Shown here piece after piece: positions 1 through 12,168 of a stretch of 64,000 nucleotides of DNA. Position numbers and translations under genes: made by a program. The notes beneath the pieces were generated by a model. It saw only the letters and a list, made by a program, of their open reading frames with translations, ran no database searches and was not told where the DNA came from. Every line of letters begins with the position of its first letter. The first letter of the stretch is position 1. The stretch comes from Takakia lepidozioides (Eukaryota; Plantae; Bryophyta). The stretch spans positions 82,336,001 to 82,400,000 of the forward strand of contig CM060732.1 of NCBI GenBank assembly GCA_030704615.1. Reading direction: 5' to 3'.

Positions 1-368
1 AGGCGGGTAATTACCAGGCGCTCCCGAAAAGCGAAACGTTTGTTGCAGCCCTCAAATGTGCACTTGTGAGAGCGCTCGTGCTTCTTCATGTGCCGACATA
101 GTAGCTGCTTACTTGGGAAGCAGAGGCTGCACCCTTCAAATGTGCAAATATAGGGACGCTCCCCACTGCATCTCCACAACACCTCAACACCTCCTCTTAG
201 ATTTAAGGAAGACACAAAGAATACCATATGAAATTCTGTCTAATCCTTTCAAACTGGAAGTGGTCTCACCGTGCAAATAAATGGTAAGAAGTCTCCAAAA
301 ACATGTATGAGTCAATCCTGTCCAACAGGTCCTAATAAGAAAACTGCGCTATGATCCAGACTATGACC

Positions 369-3300
369 TCATGACCATGGATGGTACCTGTGCTCATTCA
401 AATGGTCTCGAAGATTGCCAGGTGTGGCAAACCGACGACCACATCCTGGATGTGTACAATCATGCACTTTCTCAGTCAATGCCAGCATCTTCTTAGTCTC
501 ATCCAACATCTGCACACACCCATGATGCTGAAAGTGAGGGGCAAAGTAGAGAAGCGGAGTCTGCAATGTCTACAACTTACTCAAAGTGTGGAATACAACT
601 TAGTTTATATCCCATGTGGTGTTTATGACCCATTGAGGAAGTTCAGATGACATGCAGCTTAAGGCATAGACGACTTCAACAATTTGCCAGTGCTTGTGTA
701 AGAGAGAGAGTTGCAAACCCAAGTAAGGCCCCACCTTCTCCATCTGTGCCATGGTCAGATCTTGCCATGGAGTTTCAAGCAATGAAGGTGACACGTCTAC
801 CCCTGGATTAGACTCAGCCAGAGCGCGGAAAGCCATTGCCAGCTCTTGTGTCTCCTGCCCCTTCAAAGTGTCGAACCTTTTTAATACCATCCCCGGTTTG
901 TTAGACTCTGGATCCAAAGTTGTTGGCATGCAAGGAGCTGAGTAAGTATACAATCTTGTCAACAAAGGAATGTGAACCAACTTCAACCCTGAAAAAGTTG
1001 GTCATAATCAGGACTACAATGTGTAACACATATATAACAACCTTCTTACAGCAGATCCATAACAGACTGATCATACAAATCATAGCAGATCAAAACAGAC
1101 CGATACCACCAAACTTTCATCACCATCCGTTCCTCGATCCTTGCCGACTCTTCCAGGCCCAACCAGCAGACCTCAGGGTGTGAACTTCAGACTTTCAAGA
1201 CGAGAGAAAGGGGAAGTGCATGGGAGGTGATTTGAGCTTTCTACTAATCAGACTTCTCTATGAAGCATAGCTGAGCCCCTGGGTGCAGCCACAAGGATGC
1301 AAGCGTACTGGACAAAATCACTGAGGACTGAAGACCAAAGCAAAAATCAATGGTCTACAAGTTAATTGTACAGCAAGTTGCACCTTGAAAGTGATAACAG
1401 TACACTAGTGCTTTGCCATTCTTTAGTTGCAACAATCTGACGAAGTAAAGAGTTAGCTCAAAACAATTCTTAGCTGAGGGAAAGAACAAAAGGAATCCCA
1501 CCTCCAATTATCACAGGATATACGACGATCATATTCAAGCTACCGACCTCAAACTTTGATACAATCAACCATTATAGTGTACGATCCAGAGTTCTGGTGA
1601 TACATCAAAGCTGCATGATTTCAAATGTGACTAATGAGCGAGGCACTCACTTTGTACGTTTCCACTTGTTGAGGGCGGGTTTGCGGATCGCACTTCTTTT
1701 GCCGTGCATGTCAAAAACCCCATTGGCACTAACAGTGGCATTCACAAACCTCTCCAGGCTTCCCGCATGTCTCTCACTTACCAGCTTCATTAACTTCTGA
1801 TGTGCTGTTATCACACACGCAGAAATGTAAGAGTCATGAGTGGTGGTGCATTGCCTCAAACGAGCCAGCCATTGCAGGAGAATCCAACATTGTCTTAAGG
1901 TTTTGTCTTCCTCTCATCACACTGCGTGTGACCAACTTCTGTCAGACAGAACCAATCATTTGAGAAAAACTTCATCGACGACCTTGCACTCATTCAGCTT
2001 CCAAAGCCTGTAGGAAATTCTCCCACTGTCTTCTGGTGCATACACTACCACTTTAGAGGTAACCAGCTGTCTCTGCCTCACACTTCACTACGAGCAATTC
2101 TGATTGATCTGTCGACCATAACGTAAGGTTTTACACACAGCCCAACCCTAGCGATATTGCAGAGGCAGGCCAAAAGACTACACGAAAAGAATTCCAAGCA
2201 ATAGGATTGACCTTTTGCACTTCAGCAGAAGCATCCACCTTCTGCAGTAGCATCAAAGCAGACAAAACAAGTGCTGCATAAAACACCCATGATGCAGGCC
2301 ACAAGCCTGACATACTGAATATGAATACATGCAACCCATGCCACACTACTGCGATCAGTAAATGAAATCCCACAATTATGTGGGTTGTTTATCACATGTC
2401 CACAAACCTAGAGTTCTGGAACTTGAAAAGTAACTTCCACCAGTTGACAAGGGGGCTTATCTCCCACAATGGTGCATCCCCATCTTCCTTACAGCTTATA
2501 AAAGTGAATTGTGGATAATGTGGCAGATCCTACTTTTAAGCTAGCGAAAAATATACGGGTAAGGACAACAGCTCACCAAGCGGATCTAAGTGGAGCTGCA
2601 CGTGCTTCATCTTCTTCTTCTTCTTCTTCGTCTTGGTCTGCTGTGAAGGGGACAAGGACAGTGATGGATTGATGGATACTTGCATCACGCTCCCTGAGGT
2701 GGGTGCCAGAGGTCTTATGTCATGTTGCATTGGTGGCTGCACCATTAGTATGTCCCCCCCAATGTGCACTCCCGGTGTAACTGCCACTGATGGGTCCATT
2801 TTCTGTGTCTCTATTGGTCGTGATTGGCCAGGAGGAGACTGCAGGGCAGCCGGTGTGCCAACAGCCTCAGTAGAGACCGGTGGATAGGGTCCCAAACCTA
2901 CAGAACAGGACAACATTTCCTCAGTAAGACTTGCTTGATTGACATTTGTCACCTCATTATCATCATTTCCTTCAACAGTCAAACAGGCTTGAGTTTTGAA
3001 TATCATGTAGCTAAAATTAGTACTCACTTTTGGAAAGAACCTTTTGGGCCTCTGGAGAATAATATGCACCTTGAACAGCATTAAGGATATCACCTTTCAG
3101 CTTAGGTTCTCAACATGAATTATTCTACCCAGAAAACCCCCATATACACTAGACCATAATAAGAATGAGCTTTTCCAAGAAAACCCAAGATCTGACCTGT
3201 TGCTTGCAAGAGAGGCTCACCACTGGGGCCCTCAACTTCTCCCCCTAGGTGGCCATGGCCACTGCTGTCAGCAGACATCTCATCTGGGTCACGTTCACCC

Positions 3301-3930
3301 ACATCATTAGTTGCCCCACTGTCATTCTCACTCTGTTCTGAACCGTTTTCTTCGCCACTGGCCCCTGACGTGCCACATTCATCACCACCTTGTTCTTCTG
3401 TGTCTTGTTGTTCCTGCTTACGTGCAACCTGCGGATGCTGGTCATAGTGCTTGTGAGCCACCTGAACTTCCATGACAATTACATTTGGACTTGAACATAC
3501 AACTGAGAAAAGGCTAAAAAGACTACTTGTGCGAGGTACTTCTACTTTGCTGGGTTTTGATCCACATCGCACACATTGTGGTAGTCCTCAGCCTGAGTTG
3601 TAGTTGACTGTCATACATGTTTTCCAGAGGAAACACAACCACTTTGGAGGCGAATGTCAAGGTGGCTGCAGCTTTGCTGTATAATCCTGCTGCACTTCCT
3701 GGGCAGGAAAAATAATCCGGCCCGCTTTTGGGTGTGTCCTGGGGAATGGCCCCAATGAGTAAAGCAAAGAATGCAACAGCCTTCACATGTATGCACTTTT
3801 GCTTGAACATAATTTGGTGGCAGTGAGGGTTTTCACCCTTTGGGTAACCCCTAATTAGATTTGAATCATGTCCAAGCTTTGGTGAGATGAGTGAAGAAAA
3901 GAAAGGAGGGTTTTGGAAACCTCTGCCCAT
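369..3930 (-). pseudogene. Fragmented, Cys/His-rich ORF relic ending in a C2H2 zinc finger (probably transposon-derived)
   Basis: Chain of minus-strand ORF pieces (3523-3930, 3120-3572, 2536-3093, 1647-1859, 600-986, 369-566) broken by stops and frameshifts. The last piece has a canonical C2H2 finger, CTHPGCGRRFATPGNLRDHLNEH. Family not identified. Confidence 0.4.
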
Positions 3931-4353
3931 CGTACCCTGTTTTAGGGATCTGGTACACAGCGACTGGCGTGTAAATTCAGGGCTTGTAAGGCACGGTTAG
4001 TCTACACCTGAGAGCATAAGGCTTTCCAGTAGGTGGTTGTTCGCCTCACCCCCAACTTAAAGACCCAACAATCTTTCAGCCTGATATCTCGCCTGCCCCT
4101 TTGTGTAATTTTCTGTGAGCTGTCTAGTTCCGTATCTTATGTCGGAGTCATGCTCATACCACGTCTGAATTTCAGCTGTCAATCACTTGAAGCATAACCA
4201 CGAAAAAACTCAAGCGGGCCGCAGGGAAGCTCAAATTGTTTTCCATGTACAGACGGTAGATTGAATGCAAGAAGAAACAGAAGCTACAAAAAGAAAACAG
4301 CGGACACAAGAAAGAGATTAAACCACACCCAAACGGAACAAAAAATGCGCTAC

Positions 4354-4674
4354 CTGCTGCTGCGGCGTATCATGCTGCAGCTGGTGCTGGCAACGCTGGC
4401 TACTGCGGCCTTCGGTCTGCCGCGGCTGCGCTTCTCGCGAGTCCGGCTGCTGCACGACGAGCTGCTCCGGCCTGGAGGAGATCCGGGATTGCAGATGCTG
4501 GAGCTGGATGGACAAATGCGGGTAGGATGCGTGATTGGGCAGACGAACAGGCTGAGCTTGCACGTCTTGCACGTCCGCAGGTGGGGAGGTCGATGGTCGC
4601 CGCATCACATCGGGTGGACTGTGGGCACTCGGTTGATCGCTCCGCTGCTTCTGTCTCACATTTTTCTCGGCATC
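4354..4674 (-). CDS. Putative first coding exon (Gln-rich, MDAEKNVRQKQ...TPQQQ) of an unidentified minus-strand gene
   Basis: GC-rich open frame from ATG at about 4674 ending at a CAG|GTAGCG donor-like site at 4353. It is preceded by a (GA)n tract and a G-box. Confidence 0.35.
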
Positions 4675-4751
4675 CATGGCCTCCCCCGAGGCTGATGGAG
4701 CAAGGATGCCAACAGACTTGCGAGAGCGAGAAAGAGACAAGGCGCAGGCCT

Positions 4752-4772
4752 TCTCTCTCTCTCTCTCTCTCT
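4752..4772. repeat. (CT)n/(GA)n microsatellite
   Basis: tctctctctctctctctctc seen directly. Confidence 0.9.
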
Positions 4773-4882
4773 CGCTCCCTTCCTTCCTTCCTTCGGCAGC
4801 ACCCAAAGAGGAACGCCCTCCGTTTCTTCGGGCGCGCCCTCAGTAATATTGTTGTATATTACTGTTACCGGTTTTTTAAGAA

Positions 4883-4894
4883 GGCCACGTGGCC
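4883..4894. promoter_or_regulatory. Palindromic G-box (GGCCACGTGGCC)
   Basis: Perfect 12-bp palindrome containing CACGTG, about 200 bp upstream of the putative exon. Function is inferred. Confidence 0.4.
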
Positions 4895-5124
4895 CGTGTT
4901 TGGCTGAAGAGTCTGGCAGGTCAAACCTTTCCCACATAACACACTCTCCCCAATTTTTGGTCTGCTCTACCTTACAATGTTCCGGCCGGCGCGGGCGATG
5001 GAAACATGAGAATTTTGGGATGGAAGCCCATTTGTTTTTTAAAAATGGGTTGATTTTTGTTACCTTCCAATAGAGAAATGATACATGTTTGCTATTTCCG
5101 ACATTGGGAAGCAAAATTGTGAAT

Positions 5125-5262
5125 TATATATATATATATATGAATGACGCCAACCTGAGTTAGCATATATATATATATATATATATATATGACGCCAACC
5201 GAAGCTAGTGTAAATAAGAGCCTCTTCCTGTTGCAGTCTTTGCGGGGGTGGGCTCTGTACTG
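5125..5262 (-). mobile_element. 3' end of a SINE-like element with (TA)n tail (type B), tail partly duplicated
   Basis: Homologous to 58618-58710. The minus strand ends ACACTAGC-TTCG-GTTGGCGT-CA-(TA)n. Confidence 0.55.
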
Positions 5263-5749
5263 TGAATAATACTCATCAGAATCAAATTGAATCTGTTTGC
5301 TCAACATTCAGCAACGTACCAATGTTAGTTATATTTGGATGCGCTAATGAAAGTTCGTCATTGTCATCATGTCGCTAGGTTTTGAGGACAAGGATTGTTA
5401 TGTTTTAGCGTGTTAACGCCATCTGGTATGGAGTCCGGTTTTGGTTTCTTGCTCCCTAGCAGATTCTCATAACATCTTACTAGTCTTGATTTTGCAGCTT
5501 GTCTTTGTCAGCTTTCCTGTTGTTTTTTGAGACGTCCAAGTGCAGAACCAAGGCTGTCTTGCTTTAAAGCGCTTCCTTGCACATCGGAAGTGCACAATGT
5601 GTTGCCTTGGTGGTTCGAGGTTCAAACCCGCTGCCCTGCCCTTGTGTGGATTGTTCGTAGTTTGGATGTTATCGTCCGTGTCCTCCATGGCCCGTAAATG
5701 AAAGGGGGTTATTTTTCCCCCTCCTCAAGGGCCTGAATTGTGGGCTGTC

Positions 5750-6560
5750 GCTCCGACCAAGTGCAATTTCCTATATATCCGTGCATCTCATATGTAGAGG
5801 CCCAAGTGTCCATTGTCATTTAAGCCCAAGTGCAATCTCTTATGTATCCAATGACATCTCTCATGTGCGTCTCCTATGTCGAGGCCCATTTAAGCCCAAT
5901 GTGCAATCTTTTATGTATCCAAGTGCATCTCCCATGTAGATGCCCAAGTGTCCACTAACGTTTAAAACCAAGTGCAATTTCTTATGTATCCCAGTGCGTC
6001 TCTTATGTTGAGGCCCAAGTGCGACCTCTAGTGTAGCCTATGCCGTTGGCCTATGTGTGAAAAATTGAAATCACAGCCCAAGTGTAATCTTCTATTCATG
6101 TATCCAAGTGCATCTCCCATGTAGAGGCCCAAGTGTGACCTCCAGTGCCCAGTGCAATCCCCAATGTATCCAAAGACCTACAATTTGGGAGATCTCTATG
6201 TCATTGCCCACAATGCTATTTTTGCAATCTCCCCTGTCGAGGCTTCATATATTTGAAATACTGCATATAATTTCAAAAGTATTTGAAATTCCAAATCTCC
6301 CACATGAAGAGCCGATCATTGCTCCAAGAAAGCCCACTTTGTTATTTTTCTCGAATTTCCTACGACCCAAAGCACTTGAAATTCCAGATCTCCCACACCG
6401 CTGGTCCAAAAATCATGAGACCAAGCCGGTGCACCCCTCCTCACCGAGGGCTTTCCAACGACACCAAGCACCCGCGTTGGGGCCCCGCGGTTTGGGAGAT
6501 CTCAACGACGCTACAAAACAAAACAAAAATAAACGTCTCGCTTCATAGATTGATAACATA
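5750..6560 (+). repeat. Complex satellite-like array, forward arm (GCCCAAGTGCAAT..ATGTATCCAAGTGC subunits plus a longer unit)
   Basis: Repeated gcccaagtg/tgcaatct/atgtatcc motifs. The long unit ends ...GGGAGATCTCAACGACGCTACAAAACAAAAC. Confidence 0.8.
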
Positions 6561-6679
6561 CCAATGTCTAGCAGCGGAAAGAGTGACTGCTTGTCAACTT
6601 ACTTCCCACCTCAAAAATCACGAATGCAATATTTCACCAGAATTCTATTAATGTTATTTATTAATTCAAATGTATATAT

Positions 6680-8420
6680 CAATATATGAATTAAGACGAT
6701 TTGTTTGTTTGTTTGTTTGTTTGTAGCGTCCGTTGAGATCTCCCAACCGCGGGGCCCAGCCCTGGTGCTTGATACCGTTGGAAAGCCCTCGATGAGGAGG
6801 GGTGCACCGGCTTGGTCTCATAAGTTTTGGACCCGCAGTGTGGGAGATATCGAATTTCAAGTACTTTTGGTTGCTGGAAATTCGTGGAAAATAGCAAAGT
6901 GGGCTTTCTTGGAGCAATGATTGGCCCTTCATGTGGGAGATTTGGAATTTTAAGTACTTTTGGTCGCTGAAAATTTGTGAAAAATAGCAAAGTGGATATA
7001 TCAATATATAAAGCCTCGACAGGGGATATTGCAAAAATAACAAAGTGGGCATTGGGATTGCACTTGGACTTAGATGACATTGGACACTGGAGGTCGCACT
7101 TAGGCCTCTACATGGGAGAAGCACATGGATATATAGGAGATTGCGCTTGGGTTTAGATTTCAATTCTTCACACATGTTACCCTAGATCTCCGAAACATTG
7201 GGGTCGCTGAATTACACTGGGACATAGATGACATTGGACACTTGGGCCAACGGCACAGGCTACCCTAGTATTATCAATATAAGAAGCGAGACGTTCGTTT
7301 TGTTTTGTAGCGTCGTTGATATCTCCCAAACCGCGGGGCCCGGCGCGGGTGCTTGGTGCCGTTGGAAAGCCCTCAATGAGGAGGGGTGCACCGACTTGGG
7401 TCTCAGGATTTTTGGACAAGCGGTGAGGTAGATGGGGAGTTCCAAGTATTTTTGGTCGCTGGAAATTCACAAAAAATAGCAAAATTGGCAAAGTGGGCAT
7501 TCTTGGGACAATGGTTGGAGCCTCGACGGGAGAGATATCAAGGGAAAGGTCTCTGGTTCAAATCTGGTTGTAGGCTCTGTGGAAAAAAACTTACTCAGAT
7601 GACATTGGGACGTTGGAAATTCGGGAAAAATAGCAAAGTGGGCATTCCTGGGAGAGTGGTTGGAGCCTTGACGGGAGAGACAACAAGGGAGAGGTCTCCG
7701 GTTCAAATTTTGTCGTAGGCTTTGTTGGACAAAAATGATCAGATATGGCTTCATATATTGATGCACTTGGACTTAGATGACATTGGACACTTGGGCCAAC
7801 GGCATAGGCTACCCTCGAGGTCGCACTTTGGCCTCGACATAGGAGACCCACTTGGATACATAAGAAATTGCACTTGGGCTTAGATTTCAATTCTTCACAC
7901 ATGGTCCTTGACATAGGAGACGCTACTTGAATACATAGGGGATTGCACTTGGACTTAGATGACACTGGATACTTGGCCTCAACGACACAGGCTACCAGCG
8001 GTGTGGGAGATGTCGAATTTCAAGTACTTTGGGTCGCTGGAAATTCGTGAAAAATAGCAAAGTGGGCTTTCCTGGAACAATGATTGGCCCTTCATATTTG
8101 GTCGTTGGAAATTTGTGAAAAATAACAAAGTGGATATATCAATATATGAAGCCTCGACAGGGGAGATTGCAAAAATAGCAAAATGGGCTTTGGGATTGCA
8201 CTTAGATGACATTGGACATTGAAGGTCATACTTGGGCCTTTACATAGGAAACGCACATGGATACATAGGAAATTGCACTTGGGCTTAGATTTCAATTCTT
8301 CACACATGGGCCAATGGCACATGCTACCCTAGATCTCCCAAACAGTGGGGTCTCTCGATACATAGTAGATTGCACTTAAACATAGATGACATTGGACACT
8401 TGGGCCAATGGCACAGGCTA
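6680..8420 (-). repeat. Complex satellite-like array, reverse arm (about 3-4 diverged units)
   Basis: Reverse-complement copies of the 5750-6560 units, e.g. attgcacttgggc, aaaatagcaaagtgggc, gaggaggggtgcaccggcttgg. Confidence 0.8.
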
Positions 8421-8809
8421 CCCTACTTATTTATAAATGGAAAGGGGAGGTGCCCCATAAATGTTTTCTTAGATTTTTATTTTTATTTAATTATTATAAA
8501 GGGCTACAACAATTACAACCCTGAAGATTGCGATCATATGGAAGTAAGCCGCTTGATAAGGAACACATGAGTTACACAAAGTTATGATTCTATGATATGT
8601 ACATACTTACAATTCAGTTATGATGCTATTGTGTTTAATTTGACAATTCTATTGAAATATTCCTTCGTCATGTGTCTTTGAACAAATGGCTACTGTGTTG
8701 AATGTGAGAGTAGTGAGACATTTCTCATCTTCGTGTCTTGCTTGTGGTTCAACTTGTCATGATTCCACCAACCGTGCAAACCTTCCACCTCTTCTAGCTC
8801 TCGTCAGGC

Positions 8810-9780
8810 TGCATCAATGCATGAAAGTAGTGAGATCAAAGCTAGAGCAAGTTAGTACCCTTGATGTAGTTGGAATGGGTGGAATTGGTACCTAATTGAT
8901 AAGACAACATTGACAAAATATGTTTACAATATCATCCATGACGATTTTGAGGCGCATAGCTTTCTGAAAGCTGGAAAAGGAAAAGAAGTCATTGAGTTCC
9001 AAATGCAACTACTTTAGGAATTGTGTCAACTCAAGGGCAACCACATTGGATGTCCGAATTATCAGGGTGGGAGCTTATAAAGTAACAACTATCAACCAAG
9101 AAACTTCTGATTGTTGTTGATGATCATATTGAAGGACAACTAAGTGAGCTGTTAGGTCCACGCGAGGATTTGAGATGTGGCAACACCTCACATGATAGAA
9201 CACACAAACGCTATCAAACTATGTGGATGAAAGTAGCACATTTCCCATGGAGACTCTCAACCACGAGCAAACAATGGAGTTGTTCTTTAATCAAGCTTTT
9301 AAAGATCGAAAGCAATTCAAGAATTTATTCACAGATTTCTCATCCTGCAATTTTATATGCTTGTTCTTAAAGTTCCATATCATGTTTCCGACAAAGGAAG
9401 CTACCCATAATTTCAAGGCTCAACGGAAGCCCATCACAAGCAGTTACCACCTTATTTGCAAAGTCTTTGGGAGGTGGCCAAGATGAGAAGCTCTGGAGGC
9501 GGTTAAGGATAAGCTATGACGACCTCAAGGAGGACGAGCAAGAGATATTTTGGACATTGGTTTTTTTTTTTTTTTGTGACTATATGTGTGCTGATACCAC
9601 GGGAAATGATTGTCTGCCCAAACAACAATACGAGTATGGAGTGATGAATCACCAACTACACAACTCTCGTTGGACAACTTGAAGGATAGATCACTTGTAA
9701 AAGTGGGGAAAAACAGTAATTTACGTATGCTTGATCAACTGCGGGAATTGGGTCGAAAGATTACTCCAAAGATTATTGCA
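8810..9780 (+). pseudogene. NB-ARC (NLR resistance-gene) relic
   Basis: P-loop VVGMGGIG..KTTLTKYVYN split by a small insertion; kinase-2 KLLIVVDD at about 9100; LWRRLRISYDDLKEDEQEIF; LDNLKDRSLVK; MHD-like LRMLDQLRELGRKI. Multiple frameshifts and no LRR downstream. Confidence 0.8.
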
Positions 9781-11674
9781 ACACAATTTATACGTTTGAA
9801 CAATGGATTGGTTGCTCATTAGTTGCTGGAAGCCGATTGTGGAAAGTGAAAAGAACGGTCACGGGACAGCCATTCATTCGACTTCATGATGTTTTTTTAT
9901 TCAAGGTTATTTTTTCCTTGATTCTTTATATAAAGCTTCATCCCCTTCTCTTAGAAGAAGAAAAGGAAAAAAACTTTACATATTCCAATTAGACTATACT
10001 TTTATTTTTTATACTTTATTTTTATTATATTTTTATGTTTTTTCACTTCACTTCCATTATAAGTTTAAAACTAACACATTTATTCCTCCTTGAAGCTACC
10101 GTACCTTGAAGTAAAAGTGGAATAAAACTGTTAATTCTCAATAGATATAGAAGTGAAATTAGAGTAAAAAATAAGAATGAATTAAAAAATGGATTTGTTT
10201 ATGGAATAATAAAATTGTACCTACTGATGAAAGTGTTAGTTCTAAAAATATACTTAAAGTGACAGTAAAAAGTAAAAATGGAATTGGACTCATTATCTTT
10301 TGGTTTTTTTCGTCAATTCTAAGGTTAGCATTATCTTTAGCTTTTACATTAAATTGAAAGATGATATTTTTTTCGTATATAATATATATTGTTAATTTTT
10401 CAGAAAATTTCAACATAATTCTTCTTCTCTCTCAACTCCACTTGTTAAACTCCGATAAGTTTGTTCATTTACTTTTCAAATATATCATTGCACACCTATA
10501 CGTTTTAAATGCCTGCCAAAGTCAGACTTAGTTTCTACAAATGAAATGAATACGTTGGTGGGTATGGAAACTTGTCTCTGTTTATGTCCAGAAAAATATG
10601 TCTTTTAGACTAGCTATATAGACATAATCTGGTAGTACATGGTTGAATGGTTTTTTCAAACACTTTTAAAAACTTTCAATTTACCGGAGTCACTTTCAAT
10701 CAATTAACTGTTAATGTCCACCAGGAGCCAATGAACTATGTGCTCCCATCCTGAATCCGCTTAGGCGAGTCTCTTGTAGAATGACCAAAAATTGCAATAG
10801 TGGATGTATCCAGCAAGGATGATACATGTTTCAATGAGATATCAGTGAATTGACAAGATTAATGGAAGTTGTTCGTTTTTTGAGCACGTTTGTTAATAAG
10901 AACTGACTTGTTTGATGAGAAATATGTTGGAAGATGGATTGACACTTTTTCTCTTACTTTTACTTCTAAGTTAACAAGGTTTATTGTCCCAAGTTGTCTC
11001 TATCACAGCCTAATGGATTAGCAAAAATCAGTTATGGGCTTAAGCAAGCCATAAATGGTAAAAGTATAAGAAAGGCTTTAAGCAAAGCCATATACAGAAA
11101 GTACATTTATGGACTTCAGCAAAGCCAGAATTGGCAAAAGTCTAAATTAAAGGAAGGCTAGAGCCAAGTAAAGCAAAGAGTAAGCAAGGAAAAATATCAT
11201 GAATAGCTAAAGCCTGGATATCTTAAGAAGAAAGGGGTGAGACCTCAAGGAGTACTTAAAAGGGATGTGGTGCTGAGTTACACAGAGAAATGGAAACTGC
11301 AGGGGGCTCAGGGGAAGGGGGCTCAAGAGGCTCATGAGGAGATGCAAATGATGGCGGTCCAAAAGCGATGCTCATTTTTTTCGAGCATTGAGAGTTGATG
11401 GGACTATTTGTGTCCCAAATCCCTCTGCGGTGGGAGGAGGATCGGGGGCAGAAAGATTAGCTCGAGCTTTGATGGAAGAGGATGAAAGTGAGTTGATCGA
11501 GGGAGATCATACCAACCTTCCAGCACCGTCTGCTTCCTCCAACCATTGACCATAAAGTCTTTAGAGTTATTAGATTCTTTGTAGCTCTCGCTTTAGTTTA
11601 GAGAAGGTCACGTCACTTTAGTTCAAAGAAGGTCAGGAACGGTTAAGACTGAAGAAAAAGAGGGTTAGGTATCG

Positions 11675-12168
11675 ATCGGGGGATAATTCTTGATTGAATT
11701 TCATACCTCGCATCACAGTCCGCGCTCATACTTTCATTGTTATTGCAAGGCTGGGCATTGTTAGGTTAGGGTATTGATTTGAGTTGGGGACCATCTTGTG
11801 ATGGAATACTCTAGTGTGTTTCAATGGATTTGACAATGTCAACCGGCCTTTTTTTTTTAAGGCAAAAATCGGGGGATAATTCTTGATTCATCCACACTGA
11901 ATTTCAAACTCGCATCAAAAATCGGGGGATAATTCTTGATTCATCCACACTGCTGGGCTCGTTAGGTTAGGGTATTGATTTGAGTCGGGGACCATCATCA
12001 TGGAATACTGTAGTGTGTTTCAAAGGATTTGACAATGTCAACCGGCCTCATACTTTCATTGTGATTGCAAGGCTGGGCGTTGTTAGGTTAGGGTATTGAT
12101 TTGAGTCGGGGACCATTTTGTGATCATGGAATACTGTAGTGTGTTTCAAAGGATTTGACAATGTCAAC
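11675..12168. repeat. Local tandem duplications (3 copies of a ~95-125-bp unit) that include a LINE-derived segment
   Basis: The unit gttaggttagggtattgatttgag...ggaatactgtagtgtgtttcaaaggatttgacaatgtcaaccgg recurs at about 11760, 11960 and 12080. Its distal part matches LINE sequence at 16263-16305. Confidence 0.75.

Noticed and set aside
6108-8322. Many 60-170-aa ORFs similar to one another
   Set aside because: Translations of the satellite units, not genes
10985-11717. Possible solo LTR (TG...CA, purine-rich repeats)
   Set aside because: No second LTR, PBS/PPT or convincing TSD
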